A DNA stretch of 64,000 nt from the NCBI GenBank assembly GCA_046563655.1, contig CM102285.1, positions 11,036,001 through 11,100,000 of the forward strand. The letters are read 5' to 3'. Each line of letters begins with the position of its first letter. The first letter of the stretch is position 1. Below are positions 62,101 through 64,000 of the stretch, piece by piece. The position numbers and the translations under genes were made by a program. This DNA is from Yuukianura sp. NJ FZ-2021. Lineage: Eukaryota. The notes under the pieces are model-generated. The model worked only from the letters and a program-made list of their open reading frames with translations. It had not been told where the DNA came from and searched no databases.

Positions 62101-64000
62101 CGGAAATGGGTAAAGTCTTTTAGTAAAGTTGATTCATATGACGCAGGGGAATCCTTTTGCTTTTCTTTTGTGTTTGTGAGTGTAATATTGACTGAACTTA
62201 ATTTCCGCCAAAAGGGCAGAAATAAAAGGAAATCAATATTGGAAATATTAGTAGGTCAGTGCGTTGTTCCAAGGAATTTTGAAGAGAGTCGTAAATTGTT
62301 GTAAACAGTGACAAGTGGAGAGAGTAATTTATATTTGTTAAAACTCGATAGTTAAAGGCTTAAGTGTTTTCCAATTTCTTGGGAAATGGATGATTTGGAA
62401 AGCTGGAGAAAGTCAGATTTTGGATTTCCTTGGTGGCGAAATCGATTGGGTAAATGCTCCATTTGTCAGTTTTTTTATAACCTCGTTTTTATTTTCCATT
62501 TCCTTCATGTTATATTCAAAGGACTTTCGTGCAACGACCGATTTTCTATTTTCGAAGCGACGGAATTAACTAGAAAGTCGTCAGGAAAGAGAAAGGCAGT
62601 GGACGGGACAACATAATTGTCGTGTTTTCTGTTTTTGTTTATTTGATTGCAATCTTTTGTTAGATTGATGGTTAGATTTTTTTTTGAAGAACACAACAAT
62701 TTTGGTACAAGACAAGCAGAGCTTTTGTTTTGTTGTCAAATTAAGTGATTTTAGGACAGAGTCATTAGATTTTTAGGAACTTTTTTTTTTGTATGTATTA
62801 ACCTTCGGATTAGGCTTAATTTTTGATAGGCTCATCAGATCAGATTGTTTTGTTTGTATTGGAATGTCTAATAGTTAGTAGGTTAAGTTAAAATTTTGAG
62901 CCGTGAATCGGAAGTTCAATTGTCTGAATGATAAGGTTGGAATTGTGTTCTTTTATCAACATGGCACAGTTCATTTTAACATAAGAACTCTGTGTGGATT
63001 TAGTGGACGAGTGAATCAGAATGTGGACGGTGTGTGACTGGACTGACAGCGACAGACAGTTTGGTGCTTATCGTGCAGAGGATGGATGATGTTGGGGAAA
63101 GGTGGGAGGGAAGATAGAGAAAGTAGGTAGTGAATAATGTAGGATTTTATTTGGGGAGTGACCGGACTGACTGATTACGTTGAATCCAGGACACCTAAGG
63201 TGATCTAAATAATGGAACAGGAAAAGAGGCTACATTCAAGCGGAAGAACCCTCTCTTCTCTCCATATTTATTGATTTTAAAACTGACAATAGGAAAAAAG
63301 TAATGTAGTTGGAGCGAGGAATTACATTTTGGCTACTCGTGAAGTTGCAATTCGAATTCTTGTTGTGTTTTTATGGTGAATTGGATACGGTTATAGGGGA
63401 TTATATTTTTCAATATTCTCTGCCTCCAGAAAGTTCAGAAAGTTTTGCAAGTGGAACCTGGTTCATGTGATTCGAAAAAAGTTTTCTGGTTGGATGCAGA
63501 AGAAACTCATGTTCTCGGATTGTTGCCTCCAATATTCTTCTCGTTTCTATTTATGAAATTGTGACAAAAAAGTTGTCGTGTGAAGTATGTTTTATGCATG
63601 CTTTACGGTTGACGTGTTGATGAATAGTGGAATTACTTTTGGAGCTTTGTTGAGGTGGTAGTCGAAAATTTACCTCCATGGTTCAGTTGAAGTGAAAGAA
63701 AAAACGTGTTATTTTGGGCCCTAACTTCTGGTGTGTTCGCGTGTAGCACTATTTTTTGAACAAAAAATAAAGTAACCTGTGCATTAAAATTCTGAAACAG
63801 ACGCAGCGAAGGTCATTTGAAAAGTGGACGTAAATTTTAAACAGTTTCTGTCTTTGTGTGTATAATTTCAGGTGACTCGAGTACAGACAATGACAGCGTA
63901 GGTAATGAGGAAGGTGACCTGGACGACCAAGGTTCTAATAGTCCACCCGAGGGAGGAAGTAGAGAACGTAGCGGTGGTGGTGGCAGTGACCGTGGACGGA
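26151..64000 (+). CDS. DIP2: Disco-interacting protein 2 (DIP2), 5' part; continues beyond the window
   Basis: Exons 26151-26253, 53916-53990, 54079-54174, 57050-57178 and 63872->64000, all phase 1. They spell LPQDVKNKLAELELELSE|GDITQKGYEKKRSRILAPY (DMAP1-binding domain), RRLTRNESRYHS|EVRQEAVQQALA..PSLPMPSKRTSV. Confidence 0.93.
28530..28749. mobile_element. ~220-bp MITE with ~65-bp perfect TIRs and TA flanks (Tc1/mariner-type) in DIP2 intron 1
   Basis: TATACTCGGGCTACTCTCAAGATCCTAAGTTTTCTGTGGTTGGGAAAAAATACAACTCTCACTTCA starts at 28530, and its exact reverse complement ends at 28749. Confidence 0.9.
30685..32740 (+). CDS. Large coding exon (685 codons, disordered S/R/G/D/E-rich); candidate alternative first exon of DIP2, or a nested gene (the ORF runs on to 32862)
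   Basis: A 725-codon ORF in otherwise ORF-poor intron sequence. A G|GTAAGA donor at 32740/32741 is in phase 1, and the translation after it looks intron-like. Confidence 0.7.
42466..42820 (+). CDS. Proline-rich coding exon (118 codons); candidate alternative first exon of DIP2
   Basis: ATG at 42466 opens a GC-richer island encoding MDSSRRGRG..PIPPYIPYHHHQHP..WVDLEELYRWLQELED. A G|GTAAGG donor at 42820/42821 is in phase 1. Confidence 0.6.
44680..44815 (+). repeat. About four copies of a ~31-bp subrepeat (GCGGAAAATCGAGRCGTTGTTATAA...), left flank of the satellite
   Basis: Visible imperfect tandem copies. The reverse-complement array lies at 51569-51682. Confidence 0.8.
44818..51540. repeat. 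176-bp satellite DNA array, about 38 highly homogeneous copies
   Basis: The same motif recurs at 45061 and 45941 (880 = 5 x 176). The first and last monomers are more diverged, for example cttgccgaaaattcac in both edge copies. Confidence 0.98.
51569..51682 (-). repeat. Three to four copies of the ~31-bp subrepeat in inverted orientation, right flank of the satellite
   Basis: TATAACAACGTCTCGATTCTCCGCAAG is the near reverse complement of TTGCGGAAAATCGAGACGTTGTTATA at about 44773-44798. Confidence 0.8.

Noticed and set aside
33000..63800. Numerous 60-130-aa ORFs in the DIP2 introns
   Set aside because: They have F/L/K-rich composition typical of AT-rich noncoding DNA, often non-ATG starts, and no recognisable motifs or splice support (except the 42466 exon).

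Overview
Eukaryotic, intron-rich arthropod-type genomic DNA with short GT-AG introns; it is not prokaryotic. The left 24 kb is gene-dense. It holds a secretory cyclophilin with a probable NinaA-like membrane-anchor exon (minus), a ~1,400-aa gene matching only the N-terminal part of HYDIN (minus), an orphan type I membrane glycoprotein (plus), cueball (minus) and an orphan low-complexity protein (minus). The HYDIN-like locus carries several non-autonomous DNA transposons: a Helentron/DINE-1-like element, a hAT MITE, a hAT element with a BED-finger remnant that splits the putative first coding exon and contains a nested Sola-like foldback, and, just upstream, a Tc1/mariner-type element carrying a 19-bp minisatellite. 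From 26151 to the end lies the 5' part of DIP2. Its 27.7-kb first intron contains two same-strand ORFs that end at phase-1 donors and are candidate alternative first exons, a small MITE, and a ~6.7-kb array of a 176-bp satellite bracketed by inverted ~31-bp subrepeats. Protein identities come from recalled family motifs; no database searches were run.
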